A stretch of DNA of 64,000 bases, from the sequence record ON529858.1; one strand, 5' to 3'. Of this stretch, positions 30,523 through 41,334 are shown one piece after another (position 1 is the stretch's first letter; each line of letters starts with the position of its first letter). Both the position numbers and the translations under genes were made by a program. Under the pieces are notes generated by a model. That model was given only the letters and a program-made list of their open reading frames with translations. It had not been told where the DNA came from and ran no database searches.

Positions 30523-31230
30523 TCAGACCCTCCTATTCTGAGCGTAGAGCGTGGAGCGGGCAGGGACGGGCGTGAACGCCATTCGGCGGTGCGCGGCGCA
30601 GTAGGGCGGGCGACGGTCGGTCGTCGGGCGACCACAGAAGCTGAAGGCGCCGTCCTGGGGATCGCCGATCGGCCACGCACACGCGCCCTGCTTGAGGTCC
30701 AGCTTTCCTAGGGTCCCCGTCAACGACCCTTCGACCAGCATAAGGCGAGGCGCCGGCCTGGGCGGCGTGGGGAGCGAGCCCGCCTTCTCGGCGGCGGCCC
30801 GGATGTTGGCGCCAATACTGCGCGGCGCCACCTTCAGGCCCCGCTTCTTCTTGGCTCCGGGGTTGGCGTCGGCGCGCGGCTTGAAGCCCAGACCCAGGGC
30901 GTGCGCCTGCCGGCCTACGGCGCGGTGCGTGCGGCCCGGAATGAGGTTGGCGATGGCCTTGAGCGACGCCCCTGTCTGCCACTGTTGGCGCAGAATGGTG
31001 CGCTCCGCCTCGGTCCAGTCGCTGGCGCTATGAGGCGCAGATGATTCCGGCTTGAGGCCCAGCCCCAGACGGCGGGCCTGCCCGATGACAGCCGCGCGGC
31101 TGCGGCCGGGAATCAAGGCGGCGATGGCCTCGGCCGACAGTTCGGTCTTCCAGTGCTTGCGCAGCGTCCCTTGCTCCGCTTCGCTCCAGCCGGGATTGCG
31201 GGGCTGGTAGTCCGGTCCCTTCCTGGTCAT
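30523..31230 (-). CDS. gcrA: GcrA cell-cycle regulator homologue with duplicated N-terminal domain
   Basis: W..E....L...W....S...IA..I.G.SR.AVIG...RLGL occurs twice; C-terminus L.DL....C.WPIGDP....F.FCG.......PYC..H...AF. Confidence 0.88.
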   Translation of the reverse strand: MTRKGPDYQPRNPGWSEAEQGTLRKHWKTELSAEAIAALIPGRSRAAVIGQARRLGLGLKPESSAPHSASDWTEAERTILRQQWQTGASLKAIANLIPGRTHRAVGRQAHALGLGFKPRADANPGAKKKRGLKVAPRSIGANIRAAAEKAGSLPTPPRPAPRLMLVEGSLTGTLGKLDLKQGACAWPIGDPQDGAFSFCGRPTTDRRPPYCAAHRRMAFTPVPARSTLYAQNRRV

Positions 31231-31857
31231 GCGGCCTCGTCGGCGGGATGGAAGCGGCCGGGCATGGTCACGTCGCGAGCACCGTCGGTGATGGCGGCGG
31301 TGACCGCGTCGCGCATGTCCGACAGGGCCTTCTCCATCCGCTGCAAGATCGGCTGCGTCGTCAGCATGGCGTTGATCGCCAGTGCCCTCGCGACCTGGGC
31401 GTCGACGCGGCAGGCGTAGACCCCGATCACCTGGGACGGCAGGACGTATCGGGTCCTCGGCTCAATGGGCGGGCGGCCCGGAAGGGTCCGCACGTCCTCA
31501 TAGATGGTGGTCCGGTTGGTCCCGTGCTGATCCTCGACCGCTTCGATCTTGCCAAGTTCCCAGGCACGGGGCTGGCCCTGGGTCGTGCCGGTGCAAGCCA
31601 GAATCCAGTCGTTGAGTTGGGGCACGGGCGGCAAGATGTGGCGGTCAGGCATTGTAGCGTTCTTCTCCTTCTGGCTGGGCGTCGGCCCGTTCATCGGTGG
31701 TGACGTGCATGGGCGTGTCCGGCACGAAACACATCGCAGGGGATGAGCCGCCGGTGTAAACGGTGCGGGTCCTATAGACCCACCCGCCCTCGACCTTCAG
31801 CCGGTCCGTCTTTTCCGCTGCCTCTTCGGTCAGCAGTTCCCACTTGTTTCGTGCCAT
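31227..31857 (-). CDS. Two hypothetical genes (31227-31694, 31645-31857)
   Basis: First genes of the leftward arm. Confidence 0.5.
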
Positions 31858-31859
31858 GT

Positions 31860-32005
31860 CGTCTCTCGTCGTCGTTGTGTTGGTCGTAGCCCGGCTGCTG
31901 AGCGTTGACAAGCGCAAACTTGACGCCGGCTTGTCTTTTATGTGTTGACAGCATCGGCGTCGGCCCCCTATAGCCGGTTTAGACGACGAAACGAAAGGAG
32001 ACTGC
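31860..32005. promoter_or_regulatory. Divergent promoter region between the two transcription arms
   Basis: Rightward TTGACA(31945-50)-17-TATAGC, then GACGAC and AAGGAG. Leftward TTGTCA-17-TACGAC, then ACGACGAC. Confidence 0.7.
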
Positions 32006-32616
32006 ATGTTCCGCCTGAAGTGTGAGGTCAACGGCTATCTGGGGTTCGAGGTGTTCGGCGCCTCGATCCAGGACTGCATCGACAAGTTCAAGGCTCAGGC
32101 CAAGGTCGAAGAGAAGCGCCGGAGCGCTGACTGGACCGCCGAGATCGAGAAGATCGTCGACGCCGCGACCTACAAGCCCGAGACCTGCATCGACGACCTG
32201 ACCTTCGGCGGCGTGTTCGTCGACTTTGAGCGCGTCGCCTGATGGCCGTGCCTAAGCACCCCTGGGGCCTGATCGCTGACCCGAATGACCCCGAGGGTCG
32301 GATCGGCGTGGTCGGCCTGACCGACCACCTGCCGCCCTATCTGGTGACCCAGGCGGACGACCGAGCGATCCTGGATGACCTGAAGGTCAGGTTCGATGCG
32401 GTGTGGTCCGGGTCAAGCCAGACCATCACTGAAGCCCGGACCAAGCTGGTCACCGACTTCAGGGCGCTCGGCGCGGACTCGCTCATCGACATCGAGGCGA
32501 CAGTCAACGCCGCCATCGCCCGCTACACCGCACAACGACAAGCCCGCTGGCGTCATCTGCTCGCCGGCGTCGCCTCTTGCCCCATCCCCCTCAAGCCTAG
32601 GAGTCCCCAGCCATGA
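32006..32616 (+). CDS. Two hypothetical genes (32006-32242, 32242-32616)
   Basis: RBS and translational coupling. Confidence 0.55.
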
Positions 32617-32984
32617 TGCTCTTCACCCAGGAACAACGCACGAAGATGCTGGCGAACGGCGCCAAGTCGGCCGCCAGCGCCGACGGCTCCTTCGATGCCG
32701 CGCCGGTGGTCAAGCTGTTCACGCCCGACGGCGGCGCGACGTGGTTGCTGTCCGAACTGGACCCCGACCGCCCCGACATCGCCTTCGGCCTCTGCGACAT
32801 GGGAACTGGCTTCCCCGAGTTGGGCTCGGTCTCGATCTCCGAACTGGAGAGCGTCAGAGGCAAGATGGGGCTCCCGGTCGAGCGCGAGCAATACACCACC
32901 TTCCCGGCGGACGTCCCGATGTCGCGCTACGCCGACGAGGCGCGCAAGGCCGGCGGCATCACCCTGGACTTCCTGCGTGGCTGA
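32613..32984 (+). CDS. DUF2958-domain protein
   Basis: PVVKLFTPDGGATWLLSELDP..FGLCD.G.GFPELG.VS..EL..GLPVER. Confidence 0.85.
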   Translation: MMLFTQEQRTKMLANGAKSAASADGSFDAAPVVKLFTPDGGATWLLSELDPDRPDIAFGLCDMGTGFPELGSVSISELESVRGKMGLPVEREQYTTFPADVPMSRYADEARKAGGITLDFLRG

Positions 32985-33149
32985 GCCGCACCTGAAGCAG
33001 GTCGCCGACGCCCTGGATCGCCTGATCAAATACGCGGACGGCGCCCACCGCTACAAGGCGTGGCGGGGCAAGGCGCCCCAGGGCGAGCCGACCCTGGTGC
33101 GGGACATGCAACTGGTCCTGCCCTACGCCAGCTACGCCCTGAAACGGGG

Positions 33150-33217
33150 CTGATCTTTCTTGGCGCGAGAGTGTTGACAAGCACTCTCGCCTGCCCTACA
33201 TCACGTTCAACGACGCA
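33150..33217 (+). repeat. Promoter cassette copy A (61/68 identical to 44406-44473)
   Basis: Direct alignment. Confidence 0.85.
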
Positions 33218-33232
33218 GATGAAGGAGCCCAG

Positions 33233-34216
33233 ATGACCGACGCCACTTTCGACTTCCTGATCACCGGCCTGAGCGAAAAGCGCGCCCTGCGCTTCTCCGC
33301 TGCGCTCGACACCCTGACCGCCTACGAGGCCGACCCGGTCATCACGAAGACGGAGTTCAAGGACCTCTGCGACCAGTTCTACAAGGCCTTCGACGAGGCC
33401 AACAAGAAGCTGCTGGGCGAGGTTCACGTCTACGCCGGCAAGTGGGAGAACCTGACCGAGGCCGAGCACAAGCTGGATCAGGCGCTGTTCATGCCCTACG
33501 TCCACGTCGTCGGCTCCTACCTGAAGAAGATCAACGCCTTCAAAGGCGGCGACACGGCCTACGTCGTCGACGCCCGCCGCCTCTACACCGAGATCGCCCC
33601 GCTGGCCGAGCGCGTCCTGGCGCTGAAGGTCAAGATCGGCAAGCGCGCCCCCAAGGCGACGAAGACCTCCATCGAACGCGATGAGCGCGACGCCAAGGCA
33701 ATGACCTGCCAGTGCTGCGCCCGCAAAATCCTGGCCGAGACCGGGCAGATCGCCCACCACGGCTATGAGCGTCCCGGCGACGGCTACCAGACCGCCTCCT
33801 GCCCCGGCGCCCTGCACCTGCCGTTCGAGGTGGAACGCGGCGCCCTGGAACTGCACATCCGCAGCGTCAGCAACGCATTGGTCCAATACAACATCCACAC
33901 CGTCAAGATCAGGGACGAAGAGGTCGGCTTCGGTTGGTCCTACACTGCCAGGGGCGCAGTGGCCTGGACGCCAATCAAGAAGACGGTCACGATCACCCGC
34001 GAGACCTTCGACGAAGCGGTCAAAACCTGGGCGGCAGAGCGCCAATATCAGGAGCAGCAGCCGACCTTCGACGACTTGAAGGCCAGGACCCTTGCGATGC
34101 GCGAAGGCCAACGTAAGCGCGAACTCGACTACATCCACGGCCAGCAGCACCGCTACGACCACTGGACGCAGACCCACGAGCGCCGCGACGGCGCCTGGGT
34201 GGCGCTGGCCGCCTGA
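33233..34216 (+). CDS. Hypothetical protein with CQCC..H.Y..C motif
   Basis: 327-aa ORF after a promoter and RBS. Confidence 0.7.
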   Translation: MTDATFDFLITGLSEKRALRFSAALDTLTAYEADPVITKTEFKDLCDQFYKAFDEANKKLLGEVHVYAGKWENLTEAEHKLDQALFMPYVHVVGSYLKKINAFKGGDTAYVVDARRLYTEIAPLAERVLALKVKIGKRAPKATKTSIERDERDAKAMTCQCCARKILAETGQIAHHGYERPGDGYQTASCPGALHLPFEVERGALELHIRSVSNALVQYNIHTVKIRDEEVGFGWSYTARGAVAWTPIKKTVTITRETFDEAVKTWAAERQYQEQQPTFDDLKARTLAMREGQRKRELDYIHGQQHRYDHWTQTHERRDGAWVALAA

Positions 34217-36004
34217 TGGGGTGGTTCAAGGGCCAGCAACCGTTCTGCCGCAACTGCGGCAAGCCGATCAAGAAGAAGACCCATTCGATCTTCTTCGGGC
34301 AGTCGGCCCGGTCCGACGAGTTCTCGACCTGCCGGCCCGAGAAGCCCAAGTCGAAAGACGAGGTCAAGCGGCTGGTCAACGAGCAGGTGATCTCGGTCTC
34401 CTGGTTCCGCCACGGCTCTGACCCGTATATCGTCGGCGCCAACACCTGGGACGGCGAGACCTACGTCGACGACCTGTTCTGCACCGTCCGCTGCGGCGAG
34501 GCCTTCGGGCGCGTCTGCGCCAGCCAACAAAATCTCGCCATGCCGGCCTATCACGCCGCCATCGCCCAGAAGGAGACTCCATGACCGACGTGACCTCGCC
34601 CCGCCCGGTGGATCGCCGCTCCTACAGCGTGCGGTTCATGCACCCGAACCTGCCCGGCACCGGGCGGCAGACGACGGTCGCGGTCTACACCACCTCGCAG
34701 AAGCAGGCCGCCGAGTTGATGACGGTCGCCGTCAAGGAACTCCAGACCTACGGCGGCTCGGGCGGCTCGATCGTCGGCCCGCTGCTGCGCAAGTATCCCG
34801 ACACGGCCTTCGTCTCGCTGGACCAACATGACCTGACCTGGATCACGCTGGACAAACTGATCGCCGGCGCCTGGGAGCCGTCGGACGTGTTCGACATCTC
34901 CGAAGAGCGCGCCAAGCACTTCGATGAGATGATGGGCGACAAGATCGAGAGCCCCGCGTTCGGCACCGTCTCGATCAACCGAATCAGCGGGTCCAGAAAC
35001 TTGTTCATGGTCGACTATCCCGTGGATTCCTTTATCAGAATCACCTTCAAGACGGCCGAACTGCGCCAGCGGTCCGGGCACGACACGGTCTTCTCGGACC
35101 GCGAGGTCGCCTCGGTCGACCTGAGCGAAGTTCAGTTCGCCCGCCTGATCGCTTCACCGAACACGATGGGGACGCCCTGCACCTACCATAACTACCGGGA
35201 CCCGCTGTCCGGCGAGTTCCTGTCGCCGATCATTCCGGACCGCCACGTCGCCGACGGCGAGACCTTCCGCAAGGCCATCGAAGACAAGGCGCGCACGGCC
35301 ATGGCGAAGGTGACGGAGGCTCACGCCATCCTGTCCGAGGCCATGAAGGGCGGGTCGATCCGCAAGGGCGACATCCAGAAGGCCCTCGACACCCTGGCCG
35401 GCGCCCAGCGCGAAGGCGTGGCGAACCTCGCCTACGTCGTCCACTCGGCGCACGAGACGATCGACACCGCGATCGAGCACGGCAAGGCGAACTTCGACGC
35501 CCACGTCGACTTCTCCCTGACCCGCCTCGGCCGCGAAGCCCTGGGCGAGCGCATCCAGGCCGCGATCGAGTCCGGAACCGATTTCCGGGACGTTGGCCGT
35601 CATGTGTTGACAGTGATGGCGCCGACCGATACACCCTCCCTCGACGACAACCAGAAGGAGACCTGATCTTGGCCGAACGCACCGTAAGTATGGAATACCA
35701 AATCCGCGTCGTCGGGCTCGCCTGGGGCGGCTTCAAGGGTGGCTATTCCAAGTCGATCGTAGCGCCCGAGACGCCGGACAAGGACGGGGCGCAGGAACTG
35801 TCGCGGCTCCTGATGCGCAACACGCTTGAGGGCCGGGCCATGTTCCCAGACTTCCAGACGCTGGAAGACTGCGAGATCATCGGCGTCACCTATCGCGTCA
35901 TCATCGACGAAGCCCGACTGACCACCTCCACTACGACCGAAACTGTCGTCCTGCGAGCGTGGGATAACGAGACCAACGCCGAGATGTTCGCCCATGACTA
36001 CTGA
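34216..36004 (+). CDS. Three hypothetical genes (34216-34584 Cys-rich, 34581-35666, 35669-36004)
   Basis: Coupled ORFs. Confidence 0.6.
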
Positions 36005-36575
36005 GCCTGTCACCTACGTCCCCGACTTCCTGTCGCCGGCCTTCGCCGCCACGACGTTCAATCGCCTGCGCGATGAACTCGACTGGCTTCGACTGCGCCG
36101 CCGCTCGGAGTATTGGGCCACCACGCTCGGCAAGCCCTACACCTACGGCGGCGGCGAGGACGGCAACGGCCCCGGCGCCGTCACTTACGAGCCCCAGCCG
36201 ACCCACGAACTGATCGACCAGATCAGGGACACGATGTTCGGCGGCCAGGACATCGCCCCGCTGGAGGGCTGTTTCCTGAACCGCTACCTGAACGGCCTGG
36301 ATGCCCTGGGCTGGCACGCGGACGACGATCGCGGCATCGACCACACCCGCCCGATCGCGGTGGTCACGCTCGGCACCGGCCGCATCCTGCGCTACAAGGC
36401 CCAGGTCCCCGGCACCAAGCCGACCGAGGTCTTCCTGGAGCCGGGCTCGCTCCTGCTGATGCACCCAGGGATGCAGCAGACCCACTTCCACGCGATCCCG
36501 CCGGTCCCCAAGCAGGACAACCCCGAGACCTACGGCGAGCGCATCTCTATGACCTACCGGGGGCTTGTGTCTTGA
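35994..36575 (+). CDS. AlkB-family 2OG-Fe(II) dioxygenase
   Basis: CFLNRY..GWHADD..IAVVTLG..LEPGSLLLM..HAIP..RISMTYR (HxD...H...R). Confidence 0.88.
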   Translation: MTTEPVTYVPDFLSPAFAATTFNRLRDELDWLRLRRRSEYWATTLGKPYTYGGGEDGNGPGAVTYEPQPTHELIDQIRDTMFGGQDIAPLEGCFLNRYLNGLDALGWHADDDRGIDHTRPIAVVTLGTGRILRYKAQVPGTKPTEVFLEPGSLLLMHPGMQQTHFHAIPPVPKQDNPETYGERISMTYRGLVS

Positions 36576-38255
36576 GCCCGAGCACTGTCAAGGTCCAGCA
36601 CGAGAAGAAGGCCTATTCGGTGGTCTTCCACGACGACAAGCCCTGGTCGATTCAGGTGTCGTGGAAGAACGTCGCCGACGGCCGCACGCTCAGCCGCACG
36701 ATCTTCAAGGCCCACGACACCGACCCCGAGCGGGGGCTGACCCCGCGCGTCCGGACGATCCTGGAGCAGGCCAACAAGAAGCGCGGGGTCAAGTCCTCCC
36801 CGGCGGCCGAGCCGGATGAACGGTTCCGCTGCTCCTGGCAGACGGCCGGCGTCGAGCAGGATCGGACCTACCAGTCGAAGGGGCTGGCGTTCGCCTTCGC
36901 CCAGCGTGAGGCCCTGCCCGTCAAGGTCGAGAACCAGCACCGCATCGCCGGCCGCTGGAGCACGACCGAGGCCTGGGAGTTCGACGCCGACAATCAGGCC
37001 CGCAGGCTCCCGGTATGAGCAACGGCGCCCTGACCCAGAACCTGGAGCACCAGCTTTACGAGGCCCCGCTGATCCTGCACGCGCTGCTCATCGCCGGCAA
37101 CACGGCGATGATGTGCCAGCAGCCCGAGGCCAAACGGATGATCGACGCCCTGAAGGCGAAGCTGCGCGCGACCATCCCCGTCGAGGCCTTCCACTTCGAC
37201 GAGGAAGACTTCGCCACGTTCGGCAAGGCTCTCCAGGAGCCGGTGACCTATCACGTCTTCTACCACCGCTCCAATCGCTTCTCGCGGATCGGCTACATCC
37301 ACGTCCGCATCGGCGACCGGGAGTGGAAGTCCCGGTCCTACAACACCCACGAGAAAGACGCCGAGACGGTCGAGAAGGTCGGGCTGATGCTCGAAAAGAT
37401 CGCCCACATGGACGCCGTGCGCCTGGGCGTGCCGGACGACAAGCTGGAGGAACAGAAGTCATGGTAGACGCTCAGTGGAAGACCCTGCGCGAGGCCTCGG
37501 GACCCAGCGGCTGCAATCACTCGTCGTCGGTGCTGGTAGTTCCCGGCGGGCGCATCTACCGCACCATCGTCGCCAGCTACAGCGGCGGCGCGCACGTTTC
37601 CCAGACCTTTGTCCCGGACCCGCCGAAATGAAACTGACCGAGAGAGCCGCGATAGAGACGCTGGCCGTCAGCCTCTATGAAAGCCACGCGCGCTTCGGGA
37701 TGCAGGGTCGCAGCCCGCATTCGGTCTACGCCACCAACTACCCGAGTTGGGTTCATCTGACCCCCGAAGACCGCCTCAAATGGCGCGCCCGCGCCATCGA
37801 AAACCTCAAGGAGCCCTTGCGATGAGACTGACCAAAGCGATTCCCCTGCTCTGCATGGGCGTGCTGGCCGTGGGCTTCTGACCATGGGCCTGCGCCGCAT
37901 CGCCGCAAAGCACCGCTGGTGGCCTGCCAAACCGCAGCCCCAGGTCCCGACCTCGCTCCGGCGGGGGCGGCTACTGGTTCGTATCGCGAACGCGGCGAAG
38001 GCCTATCAGAGCGGCGGCTGTCAGGTCGATGTGTCCAACCCGGACGTCGCCTTCCTGATCGAGCGCGGCTTCATCACCGTCCGGCGGGAGGCGGTCGGCA
38101 CCGCGTGGCCGGGTCCCCACCAACTGCGGCGGACACGCGCCAAGATCACCGACGCCGGATGGGAAGCCGTCTGGGCGGAAGACCTGGGAGGGGATCGTCC
38201 CCTCGCTAAATCGGAGAGGGTCGAACGATCCTCCCACCAAGCAAGGAGGGCATGA
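36572..38255 (+). CDS. Hypothetical gene cluster (36572-37018, 37015-37467, small ORFs, 37884-38255)
   Basis: Coupled ORFs. Confidence 0.5.
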
Positions 38256-38653
38256 TGCCTCGCAACGCAACAGAGTCCGGTCCCCATCCGGTGGACATCC
38301 ACGTCGGCAAACGGCTCGCCGCGCGCCGCATCGGCCTGGGCTTCAATCAGTCCGACCTCGGGCGCGCCCTGGGCCTGACATTCCAGCAGGTCCAGAAGTA
38401 TGAGAAGGGCGCCAACCGCATGTCGGCGTCCAAGATGCACGACGCGGCGAACTTCCTGGGCGTCACCGAGGGCTACTTCTTCGAAGGCCTGCGGGCGCCG
38501 GCCGACCCGAACGTCGAGTCGCCGGTTGACTTGATGATCCTGCCCCACGGCGCGGCCCTGACCAAGGCGTATCGCAGCCTGTCGGACGTCAATCAGCGTG
38601 CGGTGGTGGCGGTGGCGCGGACCCTGGCGTCCGAAAACACTTCTCTGTCCTGA
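38252..38653 (+). CDS. XRE-family transcriptional regulator (alphaproteobacterial type)
   Basis: HPVDIHVGKRL..RR..LG..Q..LG.ALGLTFQQVQKYEKGANR.SAS. Confidence 0.9.
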   Translation: MMPRNATESGPHPVDIHVGKRLAARRIGLGFNQSDLGRALGLTFQQVQKYEKGANRMSASKMHDAANFLGVTEGYFFEGLRAPADPNVESPVDLMILPHGAALTKAYRSLSDVNQRAVVAVARTLASENTSLS

Positions 38654-38717
38654 GTGTGTTGACAAGCGGTTGTCGGGGGTCTACATGACCCTCGACGACA
38701 ACCGCAAAGGAGCCCCC

Positions 38718-39473
38718 ATGACCGAGACCCGCGACTATCTGAAGACCGGCCGCGTCGCCGCCCCGATCGCCCAGGCGATGGAGAAGGCCGTGACCGACCT
38801 GACCGCAGTCATCAACGGCTTCGACGACGTCAAGGGTCATGGCGGCGAGGGCAAGGTCGAGCCCGCCCTGGCGGACCACGCCGACGGCTTCTGGTCCTGG
38901 AACAACGGCGGCTTCATCTCCGACCCGGTCGGCTGCATCCGCATCGCCAGCCAATACGAGAGCGGCGTCCCCGCCGCCGCGCGCTGGCTGGTCGACCAAT
39001 ACGACGCCGGACACCTGGAAGGCGAGCAGCCGATCGGTCACGACGGCGAGCGTCTGGAAGGCATCGTGGATGTCGACTTCGACGACGACGACATCTCGCG
39101 CGACTGGCTGGACGGCACCTACCGCTACGAGGTCCGCGCCTTCGTTCGCGGCGCCGGCGAGTTCAGCAATGAGACCGGCGAAGACGAACTGATCCTGACG
39201 GTCGGCGTCTGCCCCTACGAGCCCGGCGAGCAAGGCGCGTGGACCTATCAACTGATCGACCGGGTCGAGAAGCTGAGCGAGGTCACGCCCCTGAAGCTGG
39301 ACGCCTTCTACGCCGAGGCCAAGGTCGCCCTGATGGTCGACCGCAGCCGGGCCGGCGTCGCCGCCTTCGACGTGGTCAACAACAAGCGCAAGGCCGACAA
39401 GCTGGCGGAGCGTCAAGCGTCGCAGGCCTACTACGCGGCCCAGGCCGCCAGCCGGGCGGAGGCGGCGGTTTGA
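38718..39473 (+). CDS. Hypothetical protein
   Basis: Promoter at 38659 and AAGGAG RBS. Confidence 0.65.
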   Translation: MTETRDYLKTGRVAAPIAQAMEKAVTDLTAVINGFDDVKGHGGEGKVEPALADHADGFWSWNNGGFISDPVGCIRIASQYESGVPAAARWLVDQYDAGHLEGEQPIGHDGERLEGIVDVDFDDDDISRDWLDGTYRYEVRAFVRGAGEFSNETGEDELILTVGVCPYEPGEQGAWTYQLIDRVEKLSEVTPLKLDAFYAEAKVALMVDRSRAGVAAFDVVNNKRKADKLAERQASQAYYAAQAASRAEAAV

Positions 39474-39614
39474 TCGACCGCCGCCTATCCTTCCTGCGCG
39501 AGGTCTACTTCACGGACCCCGACCCGCAGCGCTCGCGTCGCGCCTTCGAACTGGTCACCAAGATCATCGACCGGGCGATCCAGCGCAAGGGGCGCTACGC
39601 CTGGAAGCGCTGGC

Positions 39615-40544
39615 GTGACGGTGGTCGCGTCGGCCCCAACCCCGGCGCCGTCATGCCTTTCCACCCCTACCCCTCCGGGGCGTTCTAACGTGCCTTCTCA
39701 TTCACATCCTTCAGAAGGGTCCCACACCTTGCCTATCAATCTGGTCACCGAAATCATCGACGTCTCCCCTGAACTGGCTCGCCAGTATCTGGAGAAGAAC
39801 ACCGGCAACCGCCGCATCCGACCGCGCCACGTCGACATGCTCAAGCGCGAGATCGCCGAAGACCGCTGGACCCCGAACGGCCAGGGCATCGTCTTCGCCG
39901 ACACCGGCCGTCTGCTGGACGGGCAACACCGGCTGGAGGCGATCGCGTCAGGCGACAAGACCGTGCCGCTGATGGTCACCCACGGCGCCAAGGAAAGCGC
40001 CTACGGGACCCTGGACCAGGGCATCAAGCGCACCGCCGCCGATGACCTGCGCTCCATGGGGATCGCCAACGCCACCAAGGCGGCGTCGGCCGCCCGCCTG
40101 ATCCTGCTCTGGACCAAGGGCCTGACGCCCAAGTCGTCGGTCCTGGCGAAGTCGGAGATCACCGACTTCCTGATCGCCCATCCCGAGATCGCCGACATCA
40201 TCGCCACGGTCCACCCGGCGCGCAAGTCGGTCCCGACCTCGGGTCTTGCGGCCGTCTACTTCATGGCGTCTCAGTCGAAGGACCCTTCGCTGCGCCACCG
40301 GCTTGACACTTTCCTGAAGGGCCTGGAGACGGGCGCCAACCTGAACGCCGGCTCGCCCATCCTGACGCTGCGCAACACCGGGCAGACGCTCCGCAAGGGC
40401 GCCTCCATGTCGGTTGACGGCTGGTTCGGCCTGACGATGCAGGCCTGGAACGCCTTCAGCGCCGGCGAGAACCGGCAGGTGTTCAAGAACACGAACTGGC
40501 CGGAGCGGGTCGCAGGCTTCGACAAGAAGCGCATCCCGGTCTAG
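39615..40544 (+). CDS. ParB/Srx-like (DGQHR) domain protein (likely start ~39729)
   Basis: NRRIRP..W..NG..I.F...G.LLDGQHRLEAI. Confidence 0.75.
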   Translation: MTVVASAPTPAPSCLSTPTPPGRSNVPSHSHPSEGSHTLPINLVTEIIDVSPELARQYLEKNTGNRRIRPRHVDMLKREIAEDRWTPNGQGIVFADTGRLLDGQHRLEAIASGDKTVPLMVTHGAKESAYGTLDQGIKRTAADDLRSMGIANATKAASAARLILLWTKGLTPKSSVLAKSEITDFLIAHPEIADIIATVHPARKSVPTSGLAAVYFMASQSKDPSLRHRLDTFLKGLETGANLNAGSPILTLRNTGQTLRKGASMSVDGWFGLTMQAWNAFSAGENRQVFKNTNWPERVAGFDKKRIPV

Positions 40545-40671
40545 TGTGTTGACAGGGGTCTTCTAATCCGTCTATGTCTGGATCGACGACGACGGATCGG
40601 AGACCCCTTATGCCCTCCGTCCGCGCCTACGCCTTGCCCGTTCCATCCCTCTTGCCGGACCACGCACCCGC

Positions 40672-41334
40672 ATGAAACGCATCCTCGTTGGCATCGACCT
40701 GCCTGACGTCCTGGCGCCGCGCGCCGGGCATCTCGTCGAACGCATCGGCCGCATCATGGCGGCGGACGCCAACCTCACCGAGGGCGTGGTCACGATCCCC
40801 GTGGGGATCGACAGCCCCATCGTCGGTCTGGTCGCGCCCGAGGCGCGTGAGCACCGCAAGATCGGCACATGGAGGGTCGATGAAGTCGACATCGAGCGCT
40901 TCCGCCACCTGGGGCGCGACACGACCTACGACACGGCCGGCACCTTGCAGGTTCAGACGGACACGCCGATCGTCGACGGCGCGGTCCTGACCATCTACGT
41001 CGCCAACGAGGACGGCAAGGTCTACGGGCGCCCGCCGACGGAGTTCTATCACCCGGATCGGTTCGTTCCCGAGGACATCGAAGAGCCTCGCGTCCACCCG
41101 TTCGCCTCGACGAACGGTCGTGCGCCATCCGATCCCTTGCCGGAGCCCGCCGCGCCCTCAAAGGCCAAGCCGGGTCCGAAGGGCAAGTTCGAAATCTACG
41201 AGGACAAGGCCGGCGAGTTCCGCGTCCGCTTCAAGGTGGGCCGCGAGATCGTCTTCGCCACCGAGGGCTACTCCACCCGCGCCAACGCCAAGCGATCCCG
41301 TGATCGCCTCAAGAGCCTGATGAAGGACGCCTGA
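40672..41334 (+). CDS. Protein with C-terminal YegP/DUF1508 domain
   Basis: KFEIYEDKAGEFRVRFK..EIVFATEGY.TRANA. Confidence 0.7.
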   Translation: MKRILVGIDLPDVLAPRAGHLVERIGRIMAADANLTEGVVTIPVGIDSPIVGLVAPEAREHRKIGTWRVDEVDIERFRHLGRDTTYDTAGTLQVQTDTPIVDGAVLTIYVANEDGKVYGRPPTEFYHPDRFVPEDIEEPRVHPFASTNGRAPSDPLPEPAAPSKAKPGPKGKFEIYEDKAGEFRVRFKVGREIVFATEGYSTRANAKRSRDRLKSLMKDA

